A stretch of 64,000 bases of DNA from Bacteroidota bacterium (GTDB taxonomy: Bacteria > Bacteroidota > Bacteroidia > 2-12-FULL-35-15), in assembly GCA_025963775.1 (NCBI GenBank), contig JAOQAD010000002.1:25974-89973 (forward strand). The letters run 5' to 3'. The translations under genes were made by a program, and so were the position numbers. Position 1 is the first letter of the stretch. Each line of letters starts with the position of its first letter. Below are positions 1 to 9,633 of the stretch, piece after piece. The notes beneath the pieces were generated by a model that had not been told where the DNA came from, searched no databases, and saw only the letters and a program-made list of their open reading frames with translations.

Positions 1-687
1 GATCCTATTGAGCATCAGGTTCACTTCCTCGCACACCCTGAGCGCATCCTGCTTTGTATTGAATGCGCCTGCATCCCAGTAAAATTCGATCTGCTTGAGT
101 GTGCTGTTCACGGTATCATCCGACCAGATCTCGATGGAATTGATCTTCGAATAGGCATCATAAATGTCGGCCGCGATCTGCAGCAGGTCCTCATCGATGT
201 GCGTGGTTTCAAATTTTTTGTCCTCGTAGCCTTTTGCATTCAGAATGGATTTGTTCCAGTAAAAGATCTTGAACGCTGTAAGGTAGGGATGTGCGAAATG
301 CTGGAACACAGGAATATCTTCCGCTGCAAAAATGATCTGCCGGTCGTTTTCCGCGAATTTCAGCACCTGCCCGAGATCATTTTTAATTCCCTGCAGGTAT
401 TCCCGGAACGTGCTTACATGGCTGCTGAGCTGGTGATAGGTGAAGCTCACAAAATTGTCGCTGCCGCTGTTGATGAAGGAATCAAAAGAGATCCTGAAGT
501 GCTTGCAGATCAGGGCGATCTCCTCGATGCTCAGCTGCGTTTCCCCGCGCATCCGGCGGTAAGCGCTGTCGTTGCTTACTTCCAGCAGCTCCGCCAGCTC
601 ATCCACCAGCGACATATTGCCGGGCAATGCGCTTTTTATGCGTTGCATGAGCAGGGCCTGCGCCGATTCCTGGATTTTTTTAGCCAT
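1..687 (-). CDS. HTH (BetR/XRE-like) transcriptional regulator; runs off the window edge; absent from the ORF track
   Basis: Translated by hand from ATG at 687: MAKKIQESAQALLMQRIKSALPGNMSLVDELAELLEVSNDSAYRRMRGETQLSIEEIALICKHFRISFD... The frame is open to position 1. The N-terminal HTH is typical of a Bacteroidota family. Confidence 0.8.
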   Translation of the reverse strand, partial: MAKKIQESAQALLMQRIKSALPGNMSLVDELAELLEVSNDSAYRRMRGETQLSIEEIALICKHFRISFDSFINSGSDNFVSFTYHQLSSHVSTFREYLQGIKNDLGQVLKFAENDRQIIFAAEDIPVFQHFAHPYLTAFKIFYWNKSILNAKGYEDKKFETTHIDEDLLQIAADIYDAYSKINSIEIWSDDTVNSTLKQIEFYWDAGAFNTKQDALRVCEEVNLMLNRI

Positions 688-873
688 AAAAATTTCGTAT
701 TAAATAAGTACCCGGGTAAGAATTAATTGCAATTTATAATAATTCCCCCGGATTATTTGCAAAAAATGCAAATTTTCGGTTCTGCTGCTTTTTAGTCTTT
801 CAAATTTTGCGGCTTTTGCTTTAAAGTCATTGCCTGGCGCGGATTCCCGTTTCGTTTCCCGGGCAAGGCCGCG

Positions 874-881
874 TAGTTTTG
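874..881 (+). promoter_or_regulatory. Bacteroidota -7 promoter box (TAGTTTTG)
   Basis: Matches TAnnTTTG, 23 nt upstream of ATG 905. Confidence 0.55.
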
Positions 882-904
882 CTTCAGAAATAAAAACAAA
901 CCCT

Positions 905-1228
905 ATGAAAAACATTCTTCTCCTGCTGCTTATTCTTTCTGCATTTTCTTTAAAAGCCCAAAGGGATATGGGAAGAAAAACATTGTTCTCTGCAAAGAAT
1001 GAGCGGAAAGAGCATGTGATAAAGATCGGCAGGATCAAAAACAGCTTCAAAAAAGAAAAAGGCAGCACCGCCATTTTTCGCTTACTGAATTATGGCTTTC
1101 GCCCTAAAGCGTCCCTCGATCTCCTGGACAACTCAGGCATTCATCTCTTTACCATTTCAGATATCGGTACCCTGCCCGCATTGCATGTAGGGGCAAGGTT
1201 CAATGCAGGCATCATCATTACTATTTAA
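905..1228 (+). CDS. Hypothetical secreted protein (107 aa)
   Basis: ATG 905 follows an A-rich leader; signal peptide MKNILLLLLILSAFSLKAQ. Confidence 0.65.
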   Translation: MKNILLLLLILSAFSLKAQRDMGRKTLFSAKNERKEHVIKIGRIKNSFKKEKGSTAIFRLLNYGFRPKASLDLLDNSGIHLFTISDIGTLPALHVGARFNAGIIITI

Positions 1229-1249
1229 TAAAACTTAAAACAGGAAATC

Positions 1250-1411
1250 ATGAAAACCCAGACACACCACCAGGTCATCACTTTTTCGAAAACAGCCACT
1301 ATTTTAAAATGTTGCGCCATTGCGTTCATCATCGCCTGTGCGATCAGCCTGGCGGGAAAAGTCAGCCTTCACGAATTTGTGAGCAACATCCTTGAATGGG
1401 ATTCAATTTAA
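1250..1411 (+). CDS. Small membrane protein (53 aa), below the ORF-track cutoff
   Basis: MKTQTHHQVITFSKTATILKCCAIAFIIACAISLAGKVSLHEFVSNILEWDSI*; one hydrophobic segment; fills the gap between two co-oriented genes; A-rich leader. Confidence 0.55.
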   Translation: MKTQTHHQVITFSKTATILKCCAIAFIIACAISLAGKVSLHEFVSNILEWDSI

Positions 1412-1423
1412 ATTCATACGATC

Positions 1424-2128
1424 ATGATCGAAACCATCAAACGCATTCTCGGATTTATCCTCCTCATCCTCTTTATTCTCTGGAATATCAATTGTTTCGG
1501 ACAGGATACGCTGAAGCCGGCGGATCACAGGCACAACGTGATCGGCTTTGTTACAGAGGACATGGAGCAGATCAACGGGCTTGCGCTGGGTATCTGGAAC
1601 CAGCCTGATATGCATCATGAACAGCAGATCAACGGGATGCAGCTCGAGCTCGTTGGTTCCGGCTGGGTAACGCCATTTCTTTTCCTGGATGATGAAGGAT
1701 ACATTCCGAAATCGCGGGATCACCTTCAAAACAACGGGCTGCTCATCGGTACCACTTTGCTTGCCGGAAAGATCAACGGAGTAGGGATCTCACCATTTGT
1801 GATCACACATCACGACCTTAACGGGATGATCATTGCGCCGGTAACAGTTACGCTCTACACCGCAAATGGCAGTACAATAGCGGTGATCAACTACGTTTCA
1901 GCCATGAATGGTTTGCAGGTCGGCATTTATAACAACACGCAACGGTTAAACGGACTGGAAGCCGGAATTTACAATCAATGTGATGATTATTCAAGAGGAG
2001 TGCAGGTCGGATTGATTAACAGGAGCAATGCGCACAGGGGCATCCAGATCGGGCTGGTGAATATCATCGGCAAACGGATCACGCCAATAGTTAACTGGAG
2101 CTTCAAACCATTTAGTAACGCAGGCTAA
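1424..2128 (+). CDS. LA_2272-like surface repeat protein
   Basis: Signal peptide, then repeated NGLQVGIYN / GVQVGLIN / GIQIGLVN units ending in PIVNWSF. Confidence 0.75.
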   Translation: MIETIKRILGFILLILFILWNINCFGQDTLKPADHRHNVIGFVTEDMEQINGLALGIWNQPDMHHEQQINGMQLELVGSGWVTPFLFLDDEGYIPKSRDHLQNNGLLIGTTLLAGKINGVGISPFVITHHDLNGMIIAPVTVTLYTANGSTIAVINYVSAMNGLQVGIYNNTQRLNGLEAGIYNQCDDYSRGVQVGLINRSNAHRGIQIGLVNIIGKRITPIVNWSFKPFSNAG

Positions 2129-2182
2129 ACGCCCCGATTTGTTTTACACGGAAAAGGCGTAAAAAAAGCGCTTGCTTTTTTG

Positions 2183-2213
2183 GCCCCGGCATGAATGTGC
2201 CAGGGGCTTTTTT
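2183..2213 (+). terminator. Rho-independent terminator
   Basis: GCCCCGGCAT-GAAT-GTGCCAGGGGC hairpin followed by a T-run. Confidence 0.6.
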
Positions 2214-2741
2214 AGTGCAGGTTTGTTTCGCGCCAGCGAAACATTACCTGCACTTATCCCGTGCCCCGTCACGGGATCTGTTAAATGTTATTCTTCTGCT
2301 TCGTCATCCCGTGCCCGACACGGGATCTTTCAAGTGATAGCAGGATTTTAGTTATTTTGCGCAGCAAGATATTACCTGCAATATCCCGAAAACATTACGA
2401 TGTATCAAATAGATGACAAAGGCTCCCGCGCAGAATAAGATCCCTCGGGCAAGCTCGGGATGACACGCAGCTCTAAATTAAAACACTGAATAAAGTTTTG
2501 CTTAATTCTTCAATAATGCTCCGTCATTCCGTGCCACGACACGGGATCTCTCTATAATTATGAGGTGAGAGGAATCTGCACGCTTTGAGATTGCGTAGGG
2601 ATCCCGTGTCGGGGCACGGGATGACAGGATCATCGTAGTAAGATTATAATTTTTGAAATTCGGCTTACTCAATATCCTCAAATCCTGTTTCCTCAGTAGG
2701 AGCAAGCTGCGTGTTGAAACGCAGGACGACAGAATCATCGT
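2214..2741. repeat. Cluster of REP-like palindromes
   Basis: GTCA-type hairpins at 2255-2279, 2302-2328, 2433-2465, 2522-2549, 2598-2626 and degenerate 2705-2741; a second hairpin type (GCAGG...ATTACCTGCA) at 2214-2254 and 2340-2380. Confidence 0.85.
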
Positions 2742-2768
2742 GTAAAATCATGACTTTTGAGGTTTTGT

Positions 2769-4019
2769 TTACTGGATATTCCTCAAATCCAGCTTCCTCA
2801 GCTTCGGCGCGAGCCTTGCGGTAGCACCAACGATCAGCACCGTCATAACGCCGCCAAACACCACGGAAGCTTTCAGTCCCATCAGGTTTGCAGTAAGCCC
2901 CGATTCAAATCCGCCGATCTCGTTGGAAGAGCCGATGAAAATGCTGTTCACTGCAGATACCCTTCCACGCATGTGATCGGGAGTTGACAATTGCAGCACG
3001 GTATGGCGGATCACTACGCTTACATTATCGAATGCGCCGGTAAGGAATAGGAGGAACAGCGATAAATAATAGTTGGTGGAAATAGCAAAGAAGATCGTAG
3101 CGACACCGAACAGGGCAACATGCAGGAATAAATTCTTTCCTGCATTTTTTGTGATCGGCTTATAGGCAAGGATGATGGCTGTAACAATTGCGCCGACCGC
3201 AGGAGCAGCCCTTAAAAAGCCGAGCTCAGCAGGGCCCGTAAATAAAATTTCCTTCGCGAAAGCGGGAAGCATGGCCACTGCACCGCCGAAAAGAACAGCA
3301 AACAGGTCGAGCGACAATGCGCCAAGGATCAGCTGGTTGCTGAATACGAATTTGATCCCGGCAGATAAGCTCTGGCTCATGGTTTCCTTTTTTTCCTTTG
3401 CAGGGACAGGCTTGGAAGCAATGAAGATGAAGGAAGTGATGGCGATAAAGATAAAAACAAGGTTCACCGTGTATGCTGCCGAATAGCTTACGGCGCAAAT
3501 GAATCCCGCCATCACCGGGCCGATCACAGCGCCGGTATGCCATACGCTGCTGTTCCAGGTGGCTGAATTTGCATACATCTCCCGCGGAACGATCTGCGAC
3601 ATGAATGCCGGAAATGCTGCAGAGATAAATCCCCTTACAATTCCAATGAAGCCGAATACAATGTAAATAGGGAAGGTGCCGTAATTTTTTATCACCATGG
3701 AGCCTTCCTGTGAAAAATAGAGCAGGGCAGCAGTTGAAAACGTAAGCAGGCACATGGAAATTAAAATGATCCGCTTGCGGCTCACAACATCCGCCACATG
3801 TCCGGAGAACAGCGACACAAGAATAAAGGGCAGCGCTTCCGCCAGGCAGATCATTCCGAGGGAAAGCTTATCGTTCGTGATGTTGTATACCTGCCAGCCT
3901 ACGATCACGCTTTGCATCTGTATACCCATGGTCAGGAAAAAACGCGTGTTCAGAAAAAAAAGGAATTCTTTTATCCGCAGGGCTGCAAAAGGGTCGTGTT
4001 TCAGGTTTTTGGAAGTCAT
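2769..4019 (-). CDS. MFS transporter (MFS_3/EntS-like)
   Basis: About 12 hydrophobic segments; GHVADVVSRKR motif A; PDHMRGRV. Confidence 0.9.
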   Translation of the reverse strand: MTSKNLKHDPFAALRIKEFLFFLNTRFFLTMGIQMQSVIVGWQVYNITNDKLSLGMICLAEALPFILVSLFSGHVADVVSRKRIILISMCLLTFSTAALLYFSQEGSMVIKNYGTFPIYIVFGFIGIVRGFISAAFPAFMSQIVPREMYANSATWNSSVWHTGAVIGPVMAGFICAVSYSAAYTVNLVFIFIAITSFIFIASKPVPAKEKKETMSQSLSAGIKFVFSNQLILGALSLDLFAVLFGGAVAMLPAFAKEILFTGPAELGFLRAAPAVGAIVTAIILAYKPITKNAGKNLFLHVALFGVATIFFAISTNYYLSLFLLFLTGAFDNVSVVIRHTVLQLSTPDHMRGRVSAVNSIFIGSSNEIGGFESGLTANLMGLKASVVFGGVMTVLIVGATARLAPKLRKLDLRNIQ

Positions 4020-4030
4020 GATCAGCGCTG

Positions 4031-4038
4031 CAAATTTA
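4031..4038 (-). promoter_or_regulatory. -7 box TAAATTTG for the MFS gene
   Basis: Matches TAnnTTTG, 11 nt upstream of the ATG. Confidence 0.6.
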
Positions 4039-4145
4039 CATTTTTATCCTGCAATAACATACCCGCAGCCAATGAATTCGACGGGCAGCTTTGCGGTTGT
4101 ATCAATAAATAGTTTATTTTTGAATGAACACAAAATAAATCCACC

Positions 4146-4604
4146 ATGAAAAAGATCCTTGTTTTTGCACTGGGCATATTTGCATTCAGCACTGTAAGTG
4201 TTGCGCAAACTATTGAAAAATCTGCTGTTCCGTCGGAGATCATGAATGTATTTAATGCTGCCTACATGAACCCTGAGGGCGTGAAGTGGGAAATGGACTA
4301 TGATAATTACGTGGCCCGCTTCCAGAAGAATAAAACAGAAATGATCGTGACGTATAATAAGGAAGGCAAATGGGTAATGACCGAAACGCCCGTTACTCAT
4401 AAATCATTGCCGGCGGCTGTGAAATCCTGTCTTACCAAGCAATTCGACATCTACAAGGAAAATGACATTGAAAAGGTTGACAAGCCTGATGGTGTTTGCT
4501 ACGAGATCGACATCGAATACAACCAGATGAACTACGAAGTGGTGATCGCGGAAAACGGTGAGCTCATCAAAAAGGAGCAGGTGAAGGAATATAAGAAGGA
4601 TTAG
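4146..4604 (+). CDS. PepSY-like (BLIP-like/DUF2874) periplasmic protein
   Basis: Signal peptide; two repeats of the VP..V..F...WE...Y...F...GKW..TE / LP.AV type. Confidence 0.8.
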   Translation: MKKILVFALGIFAFSTVSVAQTIEKSAVPSEIMNVFNAAYMNPEGVKWEMDYDNYVARFQKNKTEMIVTYNKEGKWVMTETPVTHKSLPAAVKSCLTKQFDIYKENDIEKVDKPDGVCYEIDIEYNQMNYEVVIAENGELIKKEQVKEYKKD

Positions 4605-4653
4605 TATTTTAACGTAATTTCGGTCACTCCGTGCGCTTTTTTAACGCGGTTTT

Positions 4654-4966
4654 TGTCATCCCGTGCCACGCACGGGATCTCTCCGTAATCATGCTGCGTG
4701 CAAAAATCCTTTGCGAGTAATCTATCGTACGTTCTCCCTTCGGCCCAGGGTAACAGCTCGAACTGGCATCATACAGTACGTCATCATAATCAATCATAAG
4801 CGTCGAAGACGATCATCCTGTTTATCATAAAAATCTGTGCAAATCAGCGTACCATTATACACCGTTTGTCAAAGTTGCCTACCCACGTTCTCAAATCGCT
4901 CGAACTGAGAGCACGTATTGAATCTTTGGGCGCCGCATGATTGCCGGGGCCAGGCCCGGAATGACA
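4654..4966. repeat. REP-like repeat cluster
   Basis: TGTCATCCCGTGCCACGCACGGGATCT at 4654-4680; ~80-bp element at 4783-4862; degenerate CGTTCTC..CGCTCGAACTGA at about 4884-4910; GATTGCCGGGGCCAGGCCCGGAATGACA at 4939-4966. Confidence 0.75.
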
Positions 4967-4986
4967 GATACTCTCGGATGCCAGCA

Positions 4987-6432
4987 TCACTTGAACCTCT
5001 GATCACCTGAGCTCGTTGTTCCTTTGATCATGATCGCTCCCTGTTTCAGCAACAGCCTTTTCTCTTCTTTGATCGTTTCAGTCCCGTTCTCCACGCATAA
5101 TGAGCCGGAAACCGAATTGAGGTCATAGCTCATATCCTTTTTATCATTTGAAAAATTCATTTTGATATCGCCGGAAACGGTTTGAAGCTTTGATTCAGCA
5201 GTAAGGCGGTTGTTCTTCCCGGTAAGGTCGCCGGAACTCGTGTTGAGCGTAAGATCGCCTTTGCAATCGCTTACCGTAATATTTCCTGACACAGCACTTG
5301 CACGGATGTTGCCTTCAATGCCGCTCAGCACCTGGTCGCCGGAAGAAGAGGAGAGGTTTGCATCGCCTTTTACATTTGCAAGATGAATGTTACCGGAAAC
5401 AGACTGCGTGGTGTAAGTGCCTGTTATGCCTTCTACGAACTGATCGCCCGAGCTGCTGGACATTATCACATTTCCGTTACTGTTTTTACTTTTGATGTCG
5501 CCGGAAACGGAGCTAAGGTTGAGCGGACAAAAAGTATCATCTGTATTGATATCGCCCGAAGAAGTATGCACTTCCACCTGCTTTCCTTTTAAGCCGTTCA
5601 GCTTCACATTGCCGGATACATTGTGCACGATCACTTCAGTTCCTTCCGGTACGGTGAGCGCCATCATGCCGCTTACCGTGAGGCTGCCAACGATCATGAT
5701 GCCTTTATTGTTTTCCGATTCAATGTAGATCTTTAAAGTAGAATCTTTTTTCTCTGTGATCACCTTGTATTTTGTGATCTTTGAATGCAAACCCTTTGCG
5801 CAGATCATGTGCTCTTCGTAAAACAATACGGAAGACTGATTGTGCGCTTTTACCGACACATCAAAAAATCCGCCTTCAATTTCAATTTTATTGATCCCGT
5901 TGAAAATCGTATCCTTTTTTGTTGATGAGCTGTCGGAGGACTCATAGTTGACTGCTGTGGCAGGAACAGCTGCAACAGGTTGCGGGACTTCCGGCGCAGG
6001 AGTGGCTTCTACAGCAGGTATAGGTGGAACCGGAGGCGCTTCCTGGAAGGGCAGTACCGGCCCGATGGTACTTTCAACTTTTATTTCTTTTATAGTGCCA
6101 ATTGTTGCTTCTGCTGCCACCGGCAGGATAGGGGATGTTGCTTCGATGGCTTCTTTGGCAGGGATTCCGGTAGTATCATGCTGTTCTGTTGTCGCGGCAA
6201 TCATCGCCGGCTTTTCTGTTTTATTGTTCAGCAGGTAGGCAGATGCAATTACTGCAATGGTAGCGCCTGCGCCGAAAAATCCTTTCTTCAGCCAGGAGAT
6301 CTTTTTCGGATTCGGGATGCTTGTTTGTGGCACAGCCAGCTGCAGGCTGATCGCAGACCAGAGGTCGGCAGGTTCATGTATATCCATTTGATTACGGTTT
6401 TCGCGGATGAATGCTTTGAGTGTATCTTCCAT
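4987..6432 (-). CDS. Putative anti-sigma factor / DUF4097 beta-strand-repeat membrane protein
   Basis: N-terminal FI.ENR..MD..EP..LW..I anti-sigma-like motif, one TM segment, Pro/Ala linker, repeated SSGD/VSGN units; directly downstream of an ECF sigma factor. Confidence 0.8.
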   Translation of the reverse strand: MEDTLKAFIRENRNQMDIHEPADLWSAISLQLAVPQTSIPNPKKISWLKKGFFGAGATIAVIASAYLLNNKTEKPAMIAATTEQHDTTGIPAKEAIEATSPILPVAAEATIGTIKEIKVESTIGPVLPFQEAPPVPPIPAVEATPAPEVPQPVAAVPATAVNYESSDSSSTKKDTIFNGINKIEIEGGFFDVSVKAHNQSSVLFYEEHMICAKGLHSKITKYKVITEKKDSTLKIYIESENNKGIMIVGSLTVSGMMALTVPEGTEVIVHNVSGNVKLNGLKGKQVEVHTSSGDINTDDTFCPLNLSSVSGDIKSKNSNGNVIMSSSSGDQFVEGITGTYTTQSVSGNIHLANVKGDANLSSSSGDQVLSGIEGNIRASAVSGNITVSDCKGDLTLNTSSGDLTGKNNRLTAESKLQTVSGDIKMNFSNDKKDMSYDLNSVSGSLCVENGTETIKEEKRLLLKQGAIMIKGTTSSGDQRFK

Positions 6433-6433
6433 G

Positions 6434-6982
6434 TTACTTTTGTTCCTTTAAATAAGTACCGAGCTTTTTTCTTGCCCTCAGGTACTGCGATTTGGAGGTG
6501 CTTTCGGAGATGCCTAATTTTTCGGCGATCATTCTATGACTGTAATCCTCAAATAAAAAAAGCGTGAGGATCACCCTGTAGCCGTCAGGAAGCCTGTCGA
6601 TGGCTTTTTGCAGCGTCACAGCATCATATTCAAATCCGTTTTCTTCCTCCGCTTCTTCTTCGGCAATGTCCAGCTCATCCACCTGGATGAAATTCTGCTT
6701 CTGCTTTTTCAGCGCATCCAGCGACCTGTTGATCACAATGCGCTTCAGCCAGCTGCCAAAAGAGCCTTTTTCTTCAAAGCTCCGGATGTGCCGGAAAGCT
6801 GCTACGAAACTTTCCTGGAGCACATCCTCGGCTTCATCCCTGTTGTTCAGGATCCGCATGCTTGCATTGAACATCGGTTTCGCATAAAGCCTGTACAGCT
6901 CACGGAAAGCTTTGTCGTCTCCCTTTTTACATTGCTCCACCAGGTCGTGGTGCTCCGTGTTATGTTCTATTGCGATGATCAA
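6434..6982 (-). CDS. ECF RNA polymerase sigma factor
   Basis: AEDVLQESF and WLKRIVIN (region 2); LPDGYR...YSHRMIAEKLGISESTSKSQY (region 4). Confidence 0.95.
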   Translation of the reverse strand: MIIAIEHNTEHHDLVEQCKKGDDKAFRELYRLYAKPMFNASMRILNNRDEAEDVLQESFVAAFRHIRSFEEKGSFGSWLKRIVINRSLDALKKQKQNFIQVDELDIAEEEAEEENGFEYDAVTLQKAIDRLPDGYRVILTLFLFEDYSHRMIAEKLGISESTSKSQYLRARKKLGTYLKEQK

Positions 6983-7003
6983 ATTCTGCAGCGTTTACTA
7001 TAA

Positions 7004-7029
7004 AGACTGTGTTCTTTTAAAAAGTTGCA
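7004..7029 (-). promoter_or_regulatory. Putative ECF-dependent (autoregulatory) promoter
   Basis: Minus strand TGCAAC-N15-AGTCT, an ECF-type -35/-10 arrangement just upstream of the ECF gene. Confidence 0.55.
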
Positions 7030-7039
7030 CCGGATTTCA

Positions 7040-7071
7040 AAAAAAAATCCCCGTGATGTTTTCACGGGGAT
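7040..7071 (-). terminator. Terminator of gap
   Basis: ATCCCCGTGA/TCACGGGGAT stem with a T-run on the minus strand. Confidence 0.8.
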
Positions 7072-7102
7072 CTATAATACTCATTTTATAAAAGGAAATG
7101 TA

Positions 7103-8581
7103 TTAATAGTACACAAGCCTTCTTACTTCCGCAATGTATTTCGACAGGCGGATCACCTGGCGGGTGTAACCGTATTCGTTATCATACCATACATACAATA
7201 CAATGTTCTTTTTGTCAGGGCCAACGATGGTTGCCTGGCTGTCGAAGACGGAAGGGCAGGGGTTGCCGATCACATCGGTGGACACAAGCTCATTGGAATT
7301 CATGTACTGGATCTGCTCCACCAGTGCGCCATTTAAAGCGGCATCCTTCACGATGTTGTTCACATCTTCTTTCGTCACTTCCTTTTCAATGGTCATGCTC
7401 AGGATGGCAAGCGATACGTTCGGGGTCGGAACACGCACGGAGTTCGCGGTGAATTTCCCTGAAAGCTGCGGCAATACTTTTTTGAGCGCGCTTTCTGCAC
7501 CTGTTTCAGTGATGACCATGTTCAGCGCTGCAGAACGGCCGCGCCTGTATTTTTTATGATAGTTGTCGAGTAAATTCTGGTCGTTGGTGTAGGAGTGCAC
7601 CGTTTCAATGTGTCCGCGTACAATTCCTAATTTGTTATGTGTAACGTCCAGGATCGGCATAATGGCATTGGTGGTACAGCTTGCCGCAGAAAAGATCGTT
7701 TCAGCCTTGATGTCGATCGCTTTGTGGTTCACACCGTGAACAATGTTCGGAATGTCCTTGGCAGGAGCTGTAAGCAATACCTTTGAAATTCCTTTTGCCT
7801 TGAGGTGACGGCTTAATTCAGCCTTGTCACGGAATACGCCGGTGTTATCGATCAGCAATGCATTCTCGATCCCGTAAGCCGTGTAATCCACATCCTCCGG
7901 GTTTTTCGCGTCGATCATATAAACGGTGTGCCCGTTGATGATGAGTGCTTTTTTATCGAGATCTTCAATGATGGTTCCAGGGAATTGTCCGTGCACCGAA
8001 TCCGTACGCAGCAAATCCGCACGCTTGATGATCTCTTCATCGCTGTTGCCGCGTGTAACAATTGCTTTTAAGCGCAATTGCTCGCCTTTCCCGGCCTGTG
8101 CGATCAGTTCTCTTGCAGCGAGGCGCCCGATACGGCCGAAACCGAACAGGACCACATCTTTCGGAGTGATCGTATGTTTTGCACCTACAAATTCAGCCAG
8201 CTTATTCTTTAAGAAATCCCCTGAAGTTTTAAAATCGCCTTGTTCCTGCAGCCATTCGAATGCCAGCTTGCCGATATCGATCCGGGAAGGACAGAGCTCC
8301 ATTTTACAGATCTCGTTCGCGATCATTAAGGTAGCTTCAACGGTAATGATCTTTCCTACCACATTTTTTGCATAATGATGAAGATTGATGATCTCGCTTG
8401 CGCTGCGGTCAACCAGCTGGTTCCTGAACAGGATCAGCTCGATCGACTTTTCATACCACAGCTTCCCGATCGCGTTGATCAGGTCGAGGGCCGCTTTTTC
8501 ATGGCCGATCCATTCATTCAGTTCTGCTTCATAAGAGCCTTTTGCTTTGCCTTTTGTAGGTTCCATCGTTTCAAGAGTCAT
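7103..8581 (-). CDS. gap: Glyceraldehyde-3-phosphate dehydrogenase, long (~490 aa) type with N-terminal extension
   Basis: GFGRIGR, ASCTTN, RVPT and WYDNE motifs. Confidence 0.95.
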   Translation of the reverse strand: MTLETMEPTKGKAKGSYEAELNEWIGHEKAALDLINAIGKLWYEKSIELILFRNQLVDRSASEIINLHHYAKNVVGKIITVEATLMIANEICKMELCPSRIDIGKLAFEWLQEQGDFKTSGDFLKNKLAEFVGAKHTITPKDVVLFGFGRIGRLAARELIAQAGKGEQLRLKAIVTRGNSDEEIIKRADLLRTDSVHGQFPGTIIEDLDKKALIINGHTVYMIDAKNPEDVDYTAYGIENALLIDNTGVFRDKAELSRHLKAKGISKVLLTAPAKDIPNIVHGVNHKAIDIKAETIFSAASCTTNAIMPILDVTHNKLGIVRGHIETVHSYTNDQNLLDNYHKKYRRGRSAALNMVITETGAESALKKVLPQLSGKFTANSVRVPTPNVSLAILSMTIEKEVTKEDVNNIVKDAALNGALVEQIQYMNSNELVSTDVIGNPCPSVFDSQATIVGPDKKNIVLYVWYDNEYGYTRQVIRLSKYIAEVRRLVYY

Positions 8582-8638
8582 ATTATAGTTATAATTTAAG
8601 TTAGAAAATTATTAAATGAGACCGATTAAAAATAAAAA

Positions 8639-8703
8639 AATTAACCGCACAAACAGCTTCCTTTTTTTCATTAGTTGTTAAGAAGCTATTTATGCGGTTA
8701 ATT
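8639..8703 (-). terminator. Long hairpin terminator after rpoD
   Basis: AATTAACCGCACAAACAGCTTC ... GAAGCTATTTATGCGGTTAATT imperfect stem, followed by a T-rich tract on the minus strand. Confidence 0.55.
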
Positions 8704-8725
8704 GACATCCCTGGGCTTTACCTGA

Positions 8726-9589
8726 TTATCCTAAATAGGTTTTAAGTAATTTGCTGCGGGAATTATGACGTAATCTGCGGATCGCTTTTTCCTTGATCTG
8801 GCGAACACGCTCGCGGGTAAGGTCGAACTTTGCACCGATCTCTTCCAGCGTTAAGCCGTGGTTGATGCCGATCCCGAAGAATAATTTCACTACATCGCGT
8901 TCTCTTTCTGTTAATGTTGAAAGCGAACGTTCGATCTCGCGCTGTAAGGATTCGTTCAGCAGTCCGTTATCGGCACGCGGCGAGTCGTGGTTCACAAGCA
9001 CGTCCAACAGGCTGTTCTCTTCACCGTTCACGAAAGGTGCATCCATCGATACGTGGCGTCCGGAAACGCGCATGGTGTCTGCCACTTTATCCTGCGGCAA
9101 CTCGAGGAGCTCGGATAATTCTTCTGCACTCGGCTCACGCTCAAATTCCTGCTCCAGCTTGGAGAATGCTTTGTTGATCTTATTCAGGGAACCAACCTGA
9201 TTCAAAGGTAAACGTACGATACGCGACTGTTCAGCCAAAGCCTGGAGGATCGATTGGCGGATCCACCATACGGCGTATGAAATGAATTTAAAACCGCGTG
9301 TTTCATCGAAACGCTTCGCAGCTTTGATAAGGCCTAAATTCCCTTCGTTGATCAGATCGGGAAGGCTTAAGCCCTGGTTTTGATATTGTTTGGCAACAGA
9401 TACAACGAAACGAAGATTTGACTTGGTCAGTTTTTCCAAAGCAGCCTGGTCACCTTCCCTGATCTTCTTCGCTAAAATTACTTCTTCATCTGCATTGATC
9501 AACTCCTCACGCCCTATCTCCTGCAGGTATTTGTCAAGAGATGCACTTTCGCGGTTGGTGATTGATTTGGTTATTTTGAGTTGTCTCAT
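8726..9589 (-). CDS. rpoD: Primary sigma-70 factor (Bacteroidota type, no region 1.1)
   Basis: MRQLKITK start; [31 protein letters not shown]. Confidence 0.97.
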   Translation of the reverse strand: MRQLKITKSITNRESASLDKYLQEIGREELINADEEVILAKKIREGDQAALEKLTKSNLRFVVSVAKQYQNQGLSLPDLINEGNLGLIKAAKRFDETRGFKFISYAVWWIRQSILQALAEQSRIVRLPLNQVGSLNKINKAFSKLEQEFEREPSAEELSELLELPQDKVADTMRVSGRHVSMDAPFVNGEENSLLDVLVNHDSPRADNGLLNESLQREIERSLSTLTERERDVVKLFFGIGINHGLTLEEIGAKFDLTRERVRQIKEKAIRRLRHNSRSKLLKTYLG

Positions 9590-9625
9590 TTTATAGGAGT
9601 GTTAAATTTCGATTAAAAATCGGTA

Positions 9626-9633
9626 CAAAGATA
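9626..9633 (-). promoter_or_regulatory. -7 box TATCTTTG for rpoD
   Basis: Exact TAnnTTTG match. Confidence 0.65.

Noticed and set aside
199-726. 175-aa plus-strand ORF
   Set aside because: Antisense shadow of the HTH regulator on the minus strand
2502-2738. 78-aa ORF with a repeated MILSS motif
   Set aside because: Translation of REP copies; no coding evidence
2255-2741. CRISPR array
   Set aside because: Repeats vary in sequence, orientation and spacing, recur singly elsewhere, and no cas genes are present
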